64,000 nucleotides of DNA from the NCBI RefSeq assembly GCF_006345805.1, contig NC_043001.1, forward strand, positions 20,708,001 through 20,772,000. The letters run 5' to 3'. Position 1 is the stretch's first letter. Each line of letters opens with the position of its first letter. A program made the position numbers and the translations under genes. This stretch comes from Octopus sinensis (Eukaryota). Under the pieces are notes generated by a model. It made no database searches. It saw nothing but the letters and a program-made list of their open reading frames with translations, and was not told where the DNA came from. This document shows positions 62,755 to 64,000 of the stretch, one piece after another.

Positions 62755-63284
62755 ATAGATGAAAACAGGAAAGCCTATCTTGTTACAATCCTGTATTGGG
62801 ATTTCATCAATGACCATGTATTCAATGACCATGTATTCTCTTTCACTGTCAAACTTTCATTGTCAAATGGAAACACTCCTTATAAGGGATTAAGTAGGCT
62901 ACTTTATATGCTTAGCATATTTCTGGTAGCTAAAAAATTCACTGACGTATTCAGTAATTTGATGCAGCTTTGAACAAAACACTTAATGCACCAATCATGC
63001 AGAATGCTCGCTGTATTTTTTCGGTAACTAGAGCTTATTTTTGATTGATTATAATACTTCAACTGCTGTTTTATCTCACCTGTACTGGATTAGAGTAAAT
63101 CTTGATCTAAAAAGAGATTTTCTCTAGTCATGGTGTTCTTGATAAACGCACTTGGTTTGATAAACTTGTTGTATATATGTACACATGTCTATACACATGT
63201 ATGTTAAAGAACAAATGAATTTTACCCATTTAAGTATAATTTGCATTGAAGTCCAACATAATTTAGTTGTGTTTCTATAAACAT

Positions 63285-63520
63285 TGGCATTTGGAAGGAC
63301 ATCCAGCTGGAAAAACCATGTCAAAACTGACCTTGCCTGTGCTGGAGTCATGTAAAAAATACTCAGTCCACTCTGTGGGGTGGTTGGGGTTAGGAAGGGT
63401 ATCCAGCCATAAAAACCATACCAAAACAAACACAGAAGTCTGGTGCATTTTTCTGCTTGGCTAGCCCGTTAAACCATCCAACCCATGCCAGCATAGAAAG
63501 CAGATGTTAAACGATGATAT
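63285..63520 (+). mobile_element. Family B, degenerate/composite
   Basis: Family identity. Confidence 0.75.
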
Positions 63521-63615
63521 GCATACACCCAAATACATTAAAGATACAGAACATTCAACAACAAAAGAGACGCTCCAGCATGGCCTTGTCCATGATATTA
63601 AAATAAAATGAAGGC

Positions 63616-64000
63616 GGCGTAGGAGTGGCTGTGTGGTAAGTAGCTTGCTTACCAACCACATGGTTCCGGGTTCAGTCCCACTGCGTACCACCTTGGGCAA
63701 GTATCTTCTACTATAGCCTCAGGCCAACCAAAGCCTTGTGAGTGGATTTGGTAGACGGAAACTGAAAGAAGCCTGTCATATATATGCATATATATGTGTG
63801 TGTGTGTGTGTGTTTGTCCCCACCAACATCACTTGACAACCGATGTTGGTGTGTTTACGTCCCCATAACTTAGTGGTTCAGCAAAAGAGACCGATAGAAT
63901 AAGTACTAGGCTTACAAAGAATAAGTCCTGGGGTCGATTTGCTCGACTAAAGGCGGTGCTCAAGCATGGCCACAGTCAAATGACTGAAGAGTAAAGAGAG
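63616..64000 (+). mobile_element. SINE family A, full length
   Basis: Family identity. Confidence 0.93.

Noticed and set aside
60623-64000. Expected upstream GDH exons (GKP..GGIHGR and earlier)
   Set aside because: Not found on manual reading; presumed outside the window.

Overview
AT-rich, repeat-dense animal genomic DNA. The tRNA-derived SINE families, microsatellite load and intron-exon style point to an octopus (coleoid cephalopod); this is recognition from memory, not a database result. One gene is clearly identifiable: the 3' part of a mitochondrial-type glutamate dehydrogenase (GLUD1/Gdh) on the minus strand. It has 8 coding exons from 60622 down to the stop at 43405 (858 nt, 285 aa), all with GT-AG borders and phases that chain, and a probable ~1.6 kb 3' UTR. 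Its 5' exons lie beyond 64000. A second, unidentified minus-strand gene may start near 27.4 kb, next to a GA-rich minisatellite carrying four AP-1 motifs (weak support). The rest is transposon-derived: at least four SINE families, R4/Dong-, RTE-, CR1- and Penelope-type retroelement relics, a DD37D (maT) Tc1/mariner, hAT and piggyBac MITEs, and Helitron-like elements. The most unusual signal is a set of long fold-back (palindromic) elements carrying minimal type-I hammerhead ribozyme cores of the Penelope/retrozyme type. One is a head-to-head dimer of a tRNA-headed, hammerhead-bearing SINE beside a GDH splice donor; four more fold-backs cluster at 22.5-24.4 kb. Repeat borders are approximate unless a TSD/TIR is quoted.
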